Assembly (NCBI GenBank): GCA_016286385.1
Contig: JAEESO010000013.1
Location: 1,193-65,192 of the forward strand
Length of the DNA: 64,000 bases
Origin: Bacteroidales bacterium
GTDB lineage: Bacteria > Bacteroidota > Bacteroidia > Bacteroidales > UBA932
Direction: 5' to 3'
Positions 17,218 to 27,288 of the stretch are shown here, one piece after another. Each line of letters starts with the position of its first letter. Positions within the stretch are counted from its first letter, which is position 1. The notes below the pieces were generated by a model that saw only the letters and a list, made by a program, of their open reading frames with translations, searched no databases and was not told where the DNA came from. The translations under genes and the position numbers were made by a program.

Positions 17218-19305
17218 ATGGAAAAACTTCATCATACAGACCACGAGTGCGAGTGCCACGCTCATCACGAGGCTCACGAAGAGCACCATCACTACCACGA
17301 GTGCGAGTGCCACGCTCATCACGAGGCTCACGAAGAGCACCATCACTACCACGAGTGCGACTGCCGCGCTCATCACGAGGCTCACAAAGAGCACCACGAT
17401 GACCACCACCACGGCGGTCACGAACACCACCATCACCACCACGAGGAAGAAGAGGGCCACGGCCGTCTTATCAAAATAATAGTTGCCTCAGTGCTTCTTG
17501 TAGCGGCCTGGCTCATCGAGAGAAACACCCCGTCCTGGGCCACGTGGCAGCATCTTCTCATTTTCCTTGTGCCTTACCTCATCGTGGGTTGGGACACCCT
17601 CAAGGAAGCGGCCGAGGGACTCCTTCACGGAGAGGCCCTCAGCGAGGATTTCCTTATGAGCATCGCCACTCTTGGCGCCCTGGCCATTGGTTTTATGCCT
17701 GGGGCCGAATCTCAGTTCCCTGAGGCCGTCTTTGTTATGCTGTTCTTCCAGGTGGGGGAACTCTTTGAGGAGATGGCCGAGGGCCGTAGCCGGAAGTCCA
17801 TCGAGCATCTTATGGACATCCGCCCGGACAGCGCACGCGTGGAAAGGGACGGCAAACTGACCATGGTGAAGCCGGAAGAAGTTACCCCCGGGGAGATCAT
17901 CCTCATCCAGCCGGGAGAGAAAGTGCCCATGGACGGCGTTGTGCTTGAAGGTACATCAAGCCTTGATACTGTGGCGCTTACGGGTGAGAGCGTGCCGCGG
18001 TCTATCGGCCCGGATGACGAAATCCTTTCCGGCTGCGTGAACCTCACCGGAGTACTCCGTGTAAAGACCACCAAGGCGTTTGGAGAGTCCACCGCCGCAA
18101 AGATCCTGGACCTTGTGGAGAATGCCGCGGAGAGCAAGTCCCGCAGTGAGAGCTTCATCACAAAGTTTGCCCGTATTTACACGCCCATCGTGGTGGCACT
18201 GGCGGTGCTGGTGGCCGTCATTCCCGGCCTCATCACCGGAGAATGGGTCACCTGGATCTACAGGGGCCTCCTGTTCCTGGTGGTCTCCTGCCCGTGCGCC
18301 CTTGTGATCTCCGTGCCTCTCACCTTCTTTGGCGGCCTTGGCGGAGCGTCCCGTAAGGGCATACTCATCAAGGGCTCCAACCTTATGGATACCCTCTCAC
18401 GGGTAAAAACCGTAGTATTTGACAAGACCGGCACCCTCACGGAAGGCGTCTTTGAAGTCACCGCCGTTCATCCGGAAGTGATTGACAGCAAGGAACTTCT
18501 GCACCTGGCAGCCCACGTGGAGCGCCATTCCACCCACCCCATCGCAATGGCCCTGAGAAACGCCTATCCCGATGAGGCCGATGACTGCGAGGTTGGCTCC
18601 ATAGAGGAGACCGCCGGTCACGGAGTAAGGGCCATTGTGAACGGCAAAAAGATAGTCGTCGGCAACAGCCAACTTATGGAGGCCGAAGGCGCCGCCTGGC
18701 ACCCCTGCCATCACAGCGGTACCATCATCCACGTGGCCATAGACGGCGTCTACGCCGGTCACATAGTTATCTCAGACCGCATCAAGGCCGATTCCGCCAG
18801 CGCCATAGAGGCCCTGAAGGCCGCAGGCGTTCAGGAGACGGTGATGCTCACCGGAGACCAGGAGAGCGTGGCGGCGGCGGTGGCATCGGCTCTGAAGTTG
18901 GACCAATATTATGCTCAGCTCCTTCCCGCCGACAAAGTCTCCCGCGTTGAGGCGCTCCTGGGGCACGGCCCGCTGGCATTTGTTGGCGACGGCATCAACG
19001 ACGCCCCCGTCCTCACCAGGGCCGACGTTGGCATAGCCATGGGCGCCCTTGGCTCCGACGCCGCCATCGAGGCCGCAGACGTTGTGCTGATGGATGACAA
19101 ACCCTCCAAGATTGCCACGGCAATAGGTATCGCCCGCCGCACAATACGCATTGCCAAGGAGAACATCTGGTTCGCCATCGGCATAAAAGTCCTGGTGCTT
19201 GTGCTGGCCACTTTGGGCCTTGCAACCATGTGGATGGCCGTTTTTGCCGATGTAGGCGTCACCGTCCTTGCCGTCCTCAACGCCATGCGCGCTCTGAAGG
19301 CCTAA
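17218..19305 (+). CDS. Heavy-metal P1B-type ATPase (CadA/ZntA-like) with His/Cys-rich N-terminus
   Basis: LTGES, SCPCALVIS, DKTGTLT, HPIA, GDGINDAP; ATG just after the -7 box. Confidence 0.93.
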   Translation: MEKLHHTDHECECHAHHEAHEEHHHYHECECHAHHEAHEEHHHYHECDCRAHHEAHKEHHDDHHHGGHEHHHHHHEEEEGHGRLIKIIVASVLLVAAWLIERNTPSWATWQHLLIFLVPYLIVGWDTLKEAAEGLLHGEALSEDFLMSIATLGALAIGFMPGAESQFPEAVFVMLFFQVGELFEEMAEGRSRKSIEHLMDIRPDSARVERDGKLTMVKPEEVTPGEIILIQPGEKVPMDGVVLEGTSSLDTVALTGESVPRSIGPDDEILSGCVNLTGVLRVKTTKAFGESTAAKILDLVENAAESKSRSESFITKFARIYTPIVVALAVLVAVIPGLITGEWVTWIYRGLLFLVVSCPCALVISVPLTFFGGLGGASRKGILIKGSNLMDTLSRVKTVVFDKTGTLTEGVFEVTAVHPEVIDSKELLHLAAHVERHSTHPIAMALRNAYPDEADDCEVGSIEETAGHGVRAIVNGKKIVVGNSQLMEAEGAAWHPCHHSGTIIHVAIDGVYAGHIVISDRIKADSASAIEALKAAGVQETVMLTGDQESVAAAVASALKLDQYYAQLLPADKVSRVEALLGHGPLAFVGDGINDAPVLTRADVGIAMGALGSDAAIEAADVVLMDDKPSKIATAIGIARRTIRIAKENIWFAIGIKVLVLVLATLGLATMWMAVFADVGVTVLAVLNAMRALKA
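17242..17397 (+). repeat. Coding tandem repeat, ~3 x 54 bp (HECECHAHHEAHEEHHHY)
   Basis: Units start at 17242, 17296 and 17350. Confidence 0.9.
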
Positions 19306-20015
19306 GCCTCTACCATAGCAAGCGTTGCAACCGATATCCTTACGGAGGGCCCCAAGGCTCTCCGTAGTGTTATCCAGCACTCGGAAAGCGTTGCGCCGGT
19401 GGTGAACGTGTCATCCACCAAAAGGATATGCCCGGCGGGGATCCTGTGCCTCACCCGGAAGGCGCCGCTGATGTTCCGTAGCCGTTCGTCGGCATCCAGG
19501 GTGGTCTGGGTGTGGGTGCTCCGGCCCCTTTTAAGAACGTCCGTACGGAGATTTGCTCCCAGCGCTTTGGCAAGTTCCGCCGCAATCACCTCCGCCTGGT
19601 TGTACCCGCGGCTGAACTTCCGCCGCCAGTGAAGCGGCACGGGGATCACCGTATCCACGTCCTTGAAATGCTGCACTCCGGAGAGTTCCGTCCCAAGAAG
19701 GGAGGCAAACCATCGGCCTGCCGCAATGTTCCCGCCGTACTTAAGCGCCTGAGGGATACGCTTGTAGGGGTTCTCATTGTGGTAATACAGAAGCGACGCC
19801 GCGTAGGAGTACTCCATCTTCTCATCAGGTGCGCGTATCCGCTCCAGCGTGGCGTTGAAGCGGTCCGCCATTATGTTGTGGGGCTGTTCCCACGTGTAGG
19901 TAAGGGGAAGGTCTGCGGCGCACCAGATGCACAGCTGCTCCTCCCTTGCTCCAAGCTGCCTGCCGCATACTATGCACTCCCTCGGCAACAGAAGATCTGT
20001 GAGTTCACGTATCAT
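19302..20015 (-). CDS. comF: ComF family protein
   Basis: N-terminal CxxC...CxxC, PVPLH, RGYNQA, LLVDDTFTTGATL. Confidence 0.92.
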   Translation of the reverse strand: MIRELTDLLLPRECIVCGRQLGAREEQLCIWCAADLPLTYTWEQPHNIMADRFNATLERIRAPDEKMEYSYAASLLYYHNENPYKRIPQALKYGGNIAAGRWFASLLGTELSGVQHFKDVDTVIPVPLHWRRKFSRGYNQAEVIAAELAKALGANLRTDVLKRGRSTHTQTTLDADERLRNISGAFRVRHRIPAGHILLVDDTFTTGATLSECWITLRRALGPSVRISVATLAMVEA

Positions 20016-20047
20016 GTGGACAAAGATAAAAAACCCTGTTGGGGCGG

Positions 20048-20153
20048 GTGGAGGTTAAGTGGTTGATACACAGTGAGTTGCGGGATCTTTTGGGATTACC
20101 AGTAATCCCAAATACTTTTGTAAATAACTGAGTTATAGCGTGTTAAGCTCCAC
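20048..20153. repeat. Box-40bp palindrome-box element, copy 3
   Basis: Termini gtggag...ctccac; boxes 20056-20080 and 20121-20145; core tttgggattaccagtaatcccaaa. Confidence 0.8.
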
Positions 20154-20268
20154 TGCATCGGCATTACCGTAGTGGGGATTATAATAGGGGGTGCGGGGCG
20201 TAGAACCCCCGCAGTTGCAAAGCCGCCAAAAAAATGGTATTTTTGTAAGTTAAAGAAAGAATAAAGAT

Positions 20269-20580
20269 ATGGCCAGTCTGTTCAATTTCGGATTCTTCGG
20301 CAATCAGCCGCACAGGGTTTTCAACTACAAGCCCCGCTACTATGATCCTGAGGAAGAGCAGCGAAAAGCAATGTTCGGAGACGTTGACGGCTCCAATGAA
20401 GCCGCCAGGAAAGACGGCACGTACGTCCCTGGCAGCAGCATCCGCGGCGCCTTCCGTAACGGAAACTACATGAAAACCCGCTCGGACATGCGTACAGCCC
20501 ACACCATCATAACCATCATCACCCTCATTCTCATTGTGGCTGTCCTCATTTTCATGGCCAAATTCTTTGAATTGCTGTAA
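20269..20580 (+). CDS. Conserved Bacteroidetes membrane protein
   Basis: FNYKPRYYDP motif, C-terminal TM; coupled to mutL. Confidence 0.75.
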   Translation: MASLFNFGFFGNQPHRVFNYKPRYYDPEEEQRKAMFGDVDGSNEAARKDGTYVPGSSIRGAFRNGNYMKTRSDMRTAHTIITIITLILIVAVLIFMAKFFELL

Positions 20581-22409
20581 TGGAACTAAAGATATTACCA
20601 AAAAATATTGCCGATATGATTGCTGCCGGGGAAGTGGTCCAGAGACCAGCCTCGGTGGTTAAGGAACTGATGGAGAATGCGGTGGATGCGGGCGCAACGG
20701 ACGTAAAAGTGTCCGTTACAGACGCCGGCCGCACCCTCATCCAGGTGATAGACAACGGCAGCGGAATGAATCCGGACGACGCAGTGCTGTGCTTCGAGCG
20801 CCACGCTACCAGTAAACTTGAAAGCGCGGAGGACCTTCACCACATCCTTACCTTTGGATTCAGGGGAGAGGCCCTGGCATCAATAGCAGCTGTGGCCGAT
20901 GTAACCCTTCGCACCCGCACCCCCGAAGAAGAATCCGGCGTGGAAGTGCAGATGTCGGCCTCGGAGAACAAGGGCACAAGGGAAGTATCCTGCCCTATCG
21001 GCACAAACATCGCGGTGAGAAACCTCTTTTTCAATATCCCCGCCCGCAGAAAGTTCCTCAAAAGTGACAACGTAGAGCTGAGGCATATAGTTGAGGAGTT
21101 CCAGAGGGTGGCTCTCACCCGCCCGGACATAGGCTTCACCCTCACCCACAACGGCAAGGACATCCACGTGGTAAAGCCCGCAAAAAGCTTCAAATTCCGC
21201 ATCCAGGACCTCCTGGGCCCTGCAGTCGTAGGGGACATAGTGGACATTGAGGCCGATACAACCATCGCCTCCCTCCGTGGATACGCCGGCCGCCCGGAAA
21301 GCGCCAAAAAGACCCTGGGGAACCAGTTCTTCTTTGTCAATGGCCGATATTTCCGCAGCCCCTACCTCCACAAAGCCGTGATGAAGGCCTACGAGAACCT
21401 TATCCCGGAAGGTACCACCCCCTCATACTTCCTCTACATTGACGTGGACCCCGCCAGCATAGACGTTAACATCCACCCCACCAAGGCCGAGATTAAGTTC
21501 GAGGAAGACCAGCTCCTCTTCCAGACGGTGTTCGCCGCCGTGAAGGAAGCCATGGGCCGCTCAAGCATCGCCGGCAACATAGACTTTGACAACCCTGAGG
21601 CCAGGGAGATGCCCGTTATCGGCACTAGTTTCAGGGAATATACCCCCTCCAGCACCCCTACGGTGGGCCTGGATCCGGATTACGACCCCTTCAGTGAGAT
21701 GCCCGGTCCGGCCGGGCATGGCGGCTACGGCTCCGGTCCGGCCGGTGGGGGCGTCACTCCTGGCATGACCGGGGGCCCTTACTCCGCCCACGTGGAGAAG
21801 TCCCAGAACTACGGCGCCCTGTTTGAAAACCGCACCCTTCCCACCCAGCAGATCCTTGTGGTTCAAGGAAAATACATCCTCATGCAAAGCGCCACCGGGC
21901 TTATGGTAGTGCACGTGCGCCGTGCAAGGGAGCGCCTCTTCTTCGACCGCTTCCTGAAGGCCCTTACTGCAGAGGCTCACGTGTCCCAGCAGGCCCTTTT
22001 CCCCGTCACAGTTACTGTTGGCGTGGAAGGCCGCCTCACCATAGATGCCCACAGCGAAACTCTCAGGAAACTGGGCTTTGACATTGCGCCCTTCGGCCCG
22101 GACAGCGTGGTTGTGAACGGTGTTCCGGAAGGCTACAGCGCAGAGCCCGGAAAAGCGGAGGAAATGGTTGGGAACCTCCTTCTCATACTCTCGAATGACA
22201 GTGCATCCCTTCCTGGCGTAATGGAGCAGGCCATGGCGGGTAAATTCGCCATCCTGGGTGCCTCGGGAGGTGATAAACTCACTTCTCCCCTTGAGGCCCA
22301 GCGTCTTGTGGATGCGCTTCTGCAGAGTGATAACCCAGAATATACCCCTTCCGGCAAAAAGATCATCTCCATAGTAGCCCTGGAAGAGCTGGAAAAGAAA
22401 TTCCAATAA
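20580..22409 (+). CDS. mutL: DNA mismatch repair protein MutL
   Basis: IAAGEVVQRPASVVKEL, ERHATSK, GFRGEALASI, DVNIHPTK. Confidence 0.97.
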   Translation: MELKILPKNIADMIAAGEVVQRPASVVKELMENAVDAGATDVKVSVTDAGRTLIQVIDNGSGMNPDDAVLCFERHATSKLESAEDLHHILTFGFRGEALASIAAVADVTLRTRTPEEESGVEVQMSASENKGTREVSCPIGTNIAVRNLFFNIPARRKFLKSDNVELRHIVEEFQRVALTRPDIGFTLTHNGKDIHVVKPAKSFKFRIQDLLGPAVVGDIVDIEADTTIASLRGYAGRPESAKKTLGNQFFFVNGRYFRSPYLHKAVMKAYENLIPEGTTPSYFLYIDVDPASIDVNIHPTKAEIKFEEDQLLFQTVFAAVKEAMGRSSIAGNIDFDNPEAREMPVIGTSFREYTPSSTPTVGLDPDYDPFSEMPGPAGHGGYGSGPAGGGVTPGMTGGPYSAHVEKSQNYGALFENRTLPTQQILVVQGKYILMQSATGLMVVHVRRARERLFFDRFLKALTAEAHVSQQALFPVTVTVGVEGRLTIDAHSETLRKLGFDIAPFGPDSVVVNGVPEGYSAEPGKAEEMVGNLLLILSNDSASLPGVMEQAMAGKFAILGASGGDKLTSPLEAQRLVDALLQSDNPEYTPSGKKIISIVALEELEKKFQ

Positions 22410-23065
22410 TGGCAAGATTCCTTGATAATATCCCTCCCGTAACACGTAACCTCCTTTACGTGAACGTGATAATGTTTGTGGCAACGCTCATAAACCCCGT
22501 GTTCATGAAAGGCACGTTTGCGATGGCGTTCCCGCTGGCCACGGACTTCCGCTGGTGGCAGCCCGTCACGCACATGTTCATGCATGACGGCTTCTTCCAC
22601 ATATTCTTCAATATGTACACCCTTGTGATGTTTGGTATGGTGGTGGAGCGTGTCCTTGGAACAAAGAAATTCCTCATCCTCTATGCCATCACCGGCTTTG
22701 GCGCCGTGGCCCTTCACACCGGAGTGGAATTCCTCCAGGTCCAGGAGCTCATAAAGGAATATCCCGGTACCAACCCGCAGTACATCTACAACAGCATCCC
22801 CCATGTCCTGGGTGCCTCAGGTGCCGTTTACGGCGTGCTGGTTGCATTTGCCATGCTGTATCCACAGGCCCGCATGACCCTTATCTTCCCGCCTGTCACG
22901 CTGGATGCAAAGTGGATGGTGATCATTTTTATCGGCATAGAACTCCTTACCGGAATTACCGGCACCCAGATGGGTGTGGCGCACTTCGCCCACCTTGGCG
23001 GCGCCCTCTTCGGATGGCTCACCATCCTCTACTGGAAAAAGCGCGGTAAACTTTACAGATACTGA
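22409..23065 (+). CDS. Rhomboid intramembrane serine protease
   Basis: HMFMH..FHIFFNM, GASGAVYG, AHFAHLGGA. Confidence 0.93.
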   Translation: MARFLDNIPPVTRNLLYVNVIMFVATLINPVFMKGTFAMAFPLATDFRWWQPVTHMFMHDGFFHIFFNMYTLVMFGMVVERVLGTKKFLILYAITGFGAVALHTGVEFLQVQELIKEYPGTNPQYIYNSIPHVLGASGAVYGVLVAFAMLYPQARMTLIFPPVTLDAKWMVIIFIGIELLTGITGTQMGVAHFAHLGGALFGWLTILYWKKRGKLYRY

Positions 23066-24141
23066 TGGCAAAGCAGAAACCAAGGAAGAAGCGCAACTGG
23101 CTTACCAGCCTGTCGTTCGGCACCGTGGCGATGGTGCTGACGGCGCTCCTTGTGCTTGGCTATCTCTCCATCATCGTGCCGCCGGAAAAGGCATGGTTCT
23201 TCACCCTTTTCGGCCTTATCTATCCGGTGGTGCTGCCCGCAACGCTCATCCTTTTTGTGATTGCCCTGGTGCGGCGCTCCCGGACGCGTCTCCTGCTTGC
23301 GCTGGCGCTTCTTCCGTCGCTGTTTTTTGCAGGCCGATACTTCCAGATATCGGCCCCGAAAGATGCCTCTGAGCCCACTCTCACCGTTGTTTCATATAAT
23401 GTGGGGCTCTTCAGGCACGGCCCCGAGGGCGAGGACCGTCTGAAACTGGCAGAAGACGTTGCAACCTATGTCAATTCCCTTGACGCGGATATAATTTGCC
23501 TTCAGGAATTCTACCTCCCGGAGAGCATCTCCATAGACGGCTGGCTTGGGCGGCATTTCCCGGGGTACAAGGCGGAATATTACATGCTCACGGGCAAGAA
23601 CTGGCGCGCCGGAAACGTCACGCTGACGCGCAGGCGGGCATCGGCCAAAGGAAAGGAAGATTTTGAAAAGTCCACCAACATGGCTCTTTGGGCCGATATT
23701 CCCCTTGACAGCACCACCCTCCGCGTATACAACTGCCATTTTGAGAGTTACAATATCTCCCTGGCGGGCCTTGTGAAAAAGGATGTTGAAGAAACGGAGC
23801 GAAAACTCCGCCGTTCCATCACGGAGCGTCCCCGGCAGGTGGCAAAGGTCCTAAGGGGCATAGATTCCGCCCCGGTCCATTCCATTGTGGCCGGAGACTT
23901 CAACGACACCCCTCTTTCCTACACCTATTTTCGCCTCATCCGTGGCCGGAGGGACAGCTTTATGAGGGCCGGAAAAGGTTTTGGGGCTACGTACAGTGCC
24001 TTGTGGCCGCTCCTGAGGCTTGACTACATCCTCTATCCCAAAGACCTTGATGCGGTTAGTTACCGCATAGACAAAGTGAATTTTTCAGACCATTATCCAG
24101 TAATAGTACAGTTCAATGAAGCCGGAAGAAATTCTAGGTGA
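23065..24141 (+). CDS. Endonuclease/exonuclease/phosphatase family membrane protein
   Basis: N-terminal TMs; SYNV, CLQE, GDFNDTP, LDYI, SDHYP. Confidence 0.88.
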   Translation: MAKQKPRKKRNWLTSLSFGTVAMVLTALLVLGYLSIIVPPEKAWFFTLFGLIYPVVLPATLILFVIALVRRSRTRLLLALALLPSLFFAGRYFQISAPKDASEPTLTVVSYNVGLFRHGPEGEDRLKLAEDVATYVNSLDADIICLQEFYLPESISIDGWLGRHFPGYKAEYYMLTGKNWRAGNVTLTRRRASAKGKEDFEKSTNMALWADIPLDSTTLRVYNCHFESYNISLAGLVKKDVEETERKLRRSITERPRQVAKVLRGIDSAPVHSIVAGDFNDTPLSYTYFRLIRGRRDSFMRAGKGFGATYSALWPLLRLDYILYPKDLDAVSYRIDKVNFSDHYPVIVQFNEAGRNSR

Positions 24142-24718
24142 GGCCCTCCGCGTACTCCGTGAAGGCGGCACCATCCTTTACCCTACAGACACCGTCTGGG
24201 GCCTTGGCTGCGACGCAACAAATCCCGCAGCTGTTGCCAAGATATTTGAGATCAAGCGCCGTCCGGATTCAAAGTCCCTGGTGCTCCTTGCCAGCGATCT
24301 TGACATGGTTGCAAAATACGTGAAGCAGATTCCTTCCATCGCCGTAGACCTTGTGGAGGTGAACGACGCTCCCATGACCATCATCTACCCCGCTGCAATC
24401 GCAGGAAAATCGGAAGAGCCCGGGGATCGCTGGCACCTTGCCTGGAACGCCGTGGCAGAGGACGGAAGCGTGGGTATACGTATCCCTATGGCCGATTGGT
24501 GCAAGCAGGTGGCCTATAAACTTGGCCGTCCGCTGGTGAGTACATCGGCCAATATCTCAGGAGATCCCACGCCTCAGCGCTTCTCCGAGATTCCCCAAGA
24601 GATCAAGGACGCAGTGGATTTTGTGGTGCCCCCGTCCGTGGATACCCAGAGCACCGGCCGCGCCTCCCAGATCATCAAGCTTGGCCTTCGCGGCGAGGTT
24701 GAAATTATCCGGAAATAA
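24116..24718 (+). CDS. tsaC: L-threonylcarbamoyladenylate synthase (Sua5/TsaC)
   Basis: YPTDTVWGLGC, GIRIP, VSTSANISG. Confidence 0.92.
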   Translation: MKPEEILGEALRVLREGGTILYPTDTVWGLGCDATNPAAVAKIFEIKRRPDSKSLVLLASDLDMVAKYVKQIPSIAVDLVEVNDAPMTIIYPAAIAGKSEEPGDRWHLAWNAVAEDGSVGIRIPMADWCKQVAYKLGRPLVSTSANISGDPTPQRFSEIPQEIKDAVDFVVPPSVDTQSTGRASQIIKLGLRGEVEIIRK

Positions 24719-24740
24719 CCCCTATTGTAATGCCGATGCG

Positions 24741-24846
24741 GTGGAGCTCAACCGCCTGGCACTCAATAACTTACAAGGTTCTTTGGGATTACCGGTTATC
24801 CCAAAGAACCTTGTAACTATTTGTGTTTTAACTATTTAACTTCCAC
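24741..24846. repeat. Box-40bp palindrome-box element, copy 4 (inverted homolog of copy 3)
   Basis: Boxes 24749-24773 and 24814-24838; core caaggttctttgggat-taccggtt-atcccaaagaaccttg. Confidence 0.8.
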
Positions 24847-24860
24847 CAAACAGGCGGCCT

Positions 24861-25355
24861 CTAGAACGCGTAGATGACAATGTAGAACATCATCACGGCG
24901 GTGCAGATAAGTTTGGCCCCGGTTCCAAAGATAAAGCCCAGGAATGCTCCAAAGGCCGATTTCAGGGATGTTCCGGTATCTTTTCCTGCAAAGACAAGTT
25001 CTGCGATGAACGCTCCAAGAAGGGACCCGAAGATCATCCCAATAGGAGGATAGATAAGGCCAACGAAAAGGCCTGCTATTGCACCCCAGCCCCCGTATTT
25101 ACTGCCTCCGGTAAGTTTTGTGAAATATGCCGGGACAATGTAATCCAGGATGCTGATCACAATCACTATTCCAAGCCACACAAGGAGCATTGTTGTAGAG
25201 AGGGGTTCTCCGGCGGCATTGGTGCCTGAGCCCCAGATGTAAAGGAGCAGCATTCCAAACCAACTGAGGGGCGGCCCGGGAAGGCCCGGAGCCACGCTGC
25301 CCACAATTCCTACTACGCCAAGAATGATGGCGGCTATTGCAATAAACGTTTCCAT
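24861..25355 (-). CDS. DUF456 (YqgC-like) membrane protein
   Basis: PGLPGPPL, GGSKYG, GAFIAE; hydrophobic. Confidence 0.85.
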   Translation of the reverse strand: METFIAIAAIILGVVGIVGSVAPGLPGPPLSWFGMLLLYIWGSGTNAAGEPLSTTMLLVWLGIVIVISILDYIVPAYFTKLTGGSKYGGWGAIAGLFVGLIYPPIGMIFGSLLGAFIAELVFAGKDTGTSLKSAFGAFLGFIFGTGAKLICTAVMMFYIVIYAF

Positions 25356-25405
25356 AGCACAAAAATATTCATTATCTTTGATGAAACAAAAAACGTGCAG
25401 AAACT

Positions 25406-26800
25406 ATGTTTGCAAAGGAAGTTTATGTAAGAAGGCGTGAAACGCTGCTTCAGAAAATGCGTGAGGCCGGTCAGAGCGGTCTTATTCTTTTTATAGGTAA
25501 CGCAGAGGCCCCCGCCCAGTACAGGGACAATTGTTATAAATGGCGTCAGGACAGCACCTGGCTGTATTATTTCGGTCTGGACGAGCCCAATATGGCGGCT
25601 GTCCTTAGCATAGATTCCGGCAACCAGGCCATCTTTGCAAACGACGTTGACATTGATGATATTATCTGGATGGGACCACAGGAATCCGTGGCCTCAAAGG
25701 CTGCCTCGGTTGGTATTCTGAAGACCGCGCCTTATGACAATCTGGCAGGATGGCTCAAGGAAAACATCAAGGGCCGCACCGTCCATATCATCCCTCCGTC
25801 CAGATATTACAATACCCTCAAGCTTATGGAACTTCTTGGCTGCGCACGCGTAGACAAGAGGGTTTCAGAAGCCCTTGTGAAGGCAATAGTATCTCAGCGC
25901 CTTGTCAAGGAAGACATTGAGATAGCCGCTATTGACGACGCCTGCGCCCTTGGTTATGAGATGCATTCGGTAGGCCGAGATTCCATAAAACCCGGTATCC
26001 TGGAGCAGGAAATTGTAGGTAAGATGGAAGGCGTAACCCTTTCAAAGGGCTGGGGCGTTTCTTTCCCCACCATCCTTACCCAGCACGGAGAAACCCTTCA
26101 CAACCACCTTCATGACAAGATTATCGAGCCCGGAAAACTAATGGTCATTGACGCAGGCGCAGAGAGTAATCTCCACTATGCGTCGGATTTCACCCGCACG
26201 TATCCAACTTCCGGAAAGTTCACTGCCAAGCAGAGGGATGTATACCAGATAGTATACGAATGCAATGAACTGGCATTCAGCCTCACAAAGCCCGGAACAA
26301 CTTACCGTGACGTCCACCTTGCCGTTGCACGCAAGATGCTGGACGGCCTTCAGGCCCTGGGCCTGGTCCACGGAGACCTTGACGAGATGGTTGCCTGCGG
26401 CATAGCCGGCCTGTTCCAGCCTCACGGCCTTGGACACAATATGGGCCTTGACGTCCACGATATGGAGGATCTTGGGGAGAATCTGGTAGGGTATGACCCT
26501 GACCAGACCCGTGCAAAGCAGCTTGGCCTTGGCTCACTCCGTATGGCCCGCCGCCTTGTCCCGGGCCACGTAATCACCGATGAACCAGGCATTTACTTCA
26601 TCCCTGCCCTCATAGAAAAGTTCAAGAAAGAAGGCCTTGGAAAGGACTTTGTGAACTACGCTAAACTAGAAGGCTACTATGACTTCGGCGGCATCCGCCT
26701 GGAAGATGACGTTCTGGTAACTCCCAATGGCGCCCGCCGCCTTGGTCCAAAGCGCCTCCCCATTGCTCCGGACGACGTTGAGGCCGCAATGGCAAAATAG
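25406..26800 (+). CDS. pepP: Xaa-Pro aminopeptidase
   Basis: IDAGAE..YASDFTRT, HGLGH..GLDVHD, DEPGIY, GIRLEDDV. Confidence 0.9.
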   Translation: MFAKEVYVRRRETLLQKMREAGQSGLILFIGNAEAPAQYRDNCYKWRQDSTWLYYFGLDEPNMAAVLSIDSGNQAIFANDVDIDDIIWMGPQESVASKAASVGILKTAPYDNLAGWLKENIKGRTVHIIPPSRYYNTLKLMELLGCARVDKRVSEALVKAIVSQRLVKEDIEIAAIDDACALGYEMHSVGRDSIKPGILEQEIVGKMEGVTLSKGWGVSFPTILTQHGETLHNHLHDKIIEPGKLMVIDAGAESNLHYASDFTRTYPTSGKFTAKQRDVYQIVYECNELAFSLTKPGTTYRDVHLAVARKMLDGLQALGLVHGDLDEMVACGIAGLFQPHGLGHNMGLDVHDMEDLGENLVGYDPDQTRAKQLGLGSLRMARRLVPGHVITDEPGIYFIPALIEKFKKEGLGKDFVNYAKLEGYYDFGGIRLEDDVLVTPNGARRLGPKRLPIAPDDVEAAMAK

Positions 26801-26808
26801 AGTATGTT

Positions 26809-27288
26809 ATGGATATAAGAATAGGAAACGGATATGACGTGCATGCACTGGCGCCGGGGCTGCCGATGTGGCTTGGCGGCGTGCATATCCCATCAGAAAA
26901 CGGCTTTGTGGCACATTCAGACGGGGATGTAGCCATCCATGCGCTCTGTGACGCCCTTCTTGGGTGTCTGGCGCTGGGGGATATCGGCCATCTTTTCCCG
27001 GACACTTCCGATGAATGGAAGGGGGTGGACAGTAAGATCCTCCTGAAAAAGGTAGTGGACCTGGTCCACGCCAAGAGCTACAAAGTTGGCAATGTGGACA
27101 TTACCATAGCGCTCCAGAGGCCCAAACTGGCCCCGCACATTGGCACCATGCGTGAAACCCTTGCGCCAATCCTTGGAGTATCGGCCGACAGAGTATCCAT
27201 AAAGGCCACCACTACTGAGAAATTAGGCTTTGTGGGCCGATGCGAAGGCTGCGAGGTATGGGCAAGCGCCCTTATCATCAAGGACTAG
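26809..27288 (+). CDS. ispF: MEcPP synthase
   Basis: RIGNGYDVH, HSDGDVAIHA, DIGHLFPD, KATTTEKLG. Confidence 0.97.
   Translation: MDIRIGNGYDVHALAPGLPMWLGGVHIPSENGFVAHSDGDVAIHALCDALLGCLALGDIGHLFPDTSDEWKGVDSKILLKKVVDLVHAKSYKVGNVDITIALQRPKLAPHIGTMRETLAPILGVSADRVSIKATTTEKLGFVGRCEGCEVWASALIIKD

Noticed and set aside
17242-17397. Possible CRISPR-like repeat array
   Set aside because: Units are contiguous with no unique spacers and encode the His-rich ATPase N-terminus; no cas genes in the window
16907-17479. 190-aa ORF and the extended 17014 start of the ATPase
   Set aside because: These are translations of intergenic repeats and an alternate frame; the -7 box at 17189 supports the start at 17218
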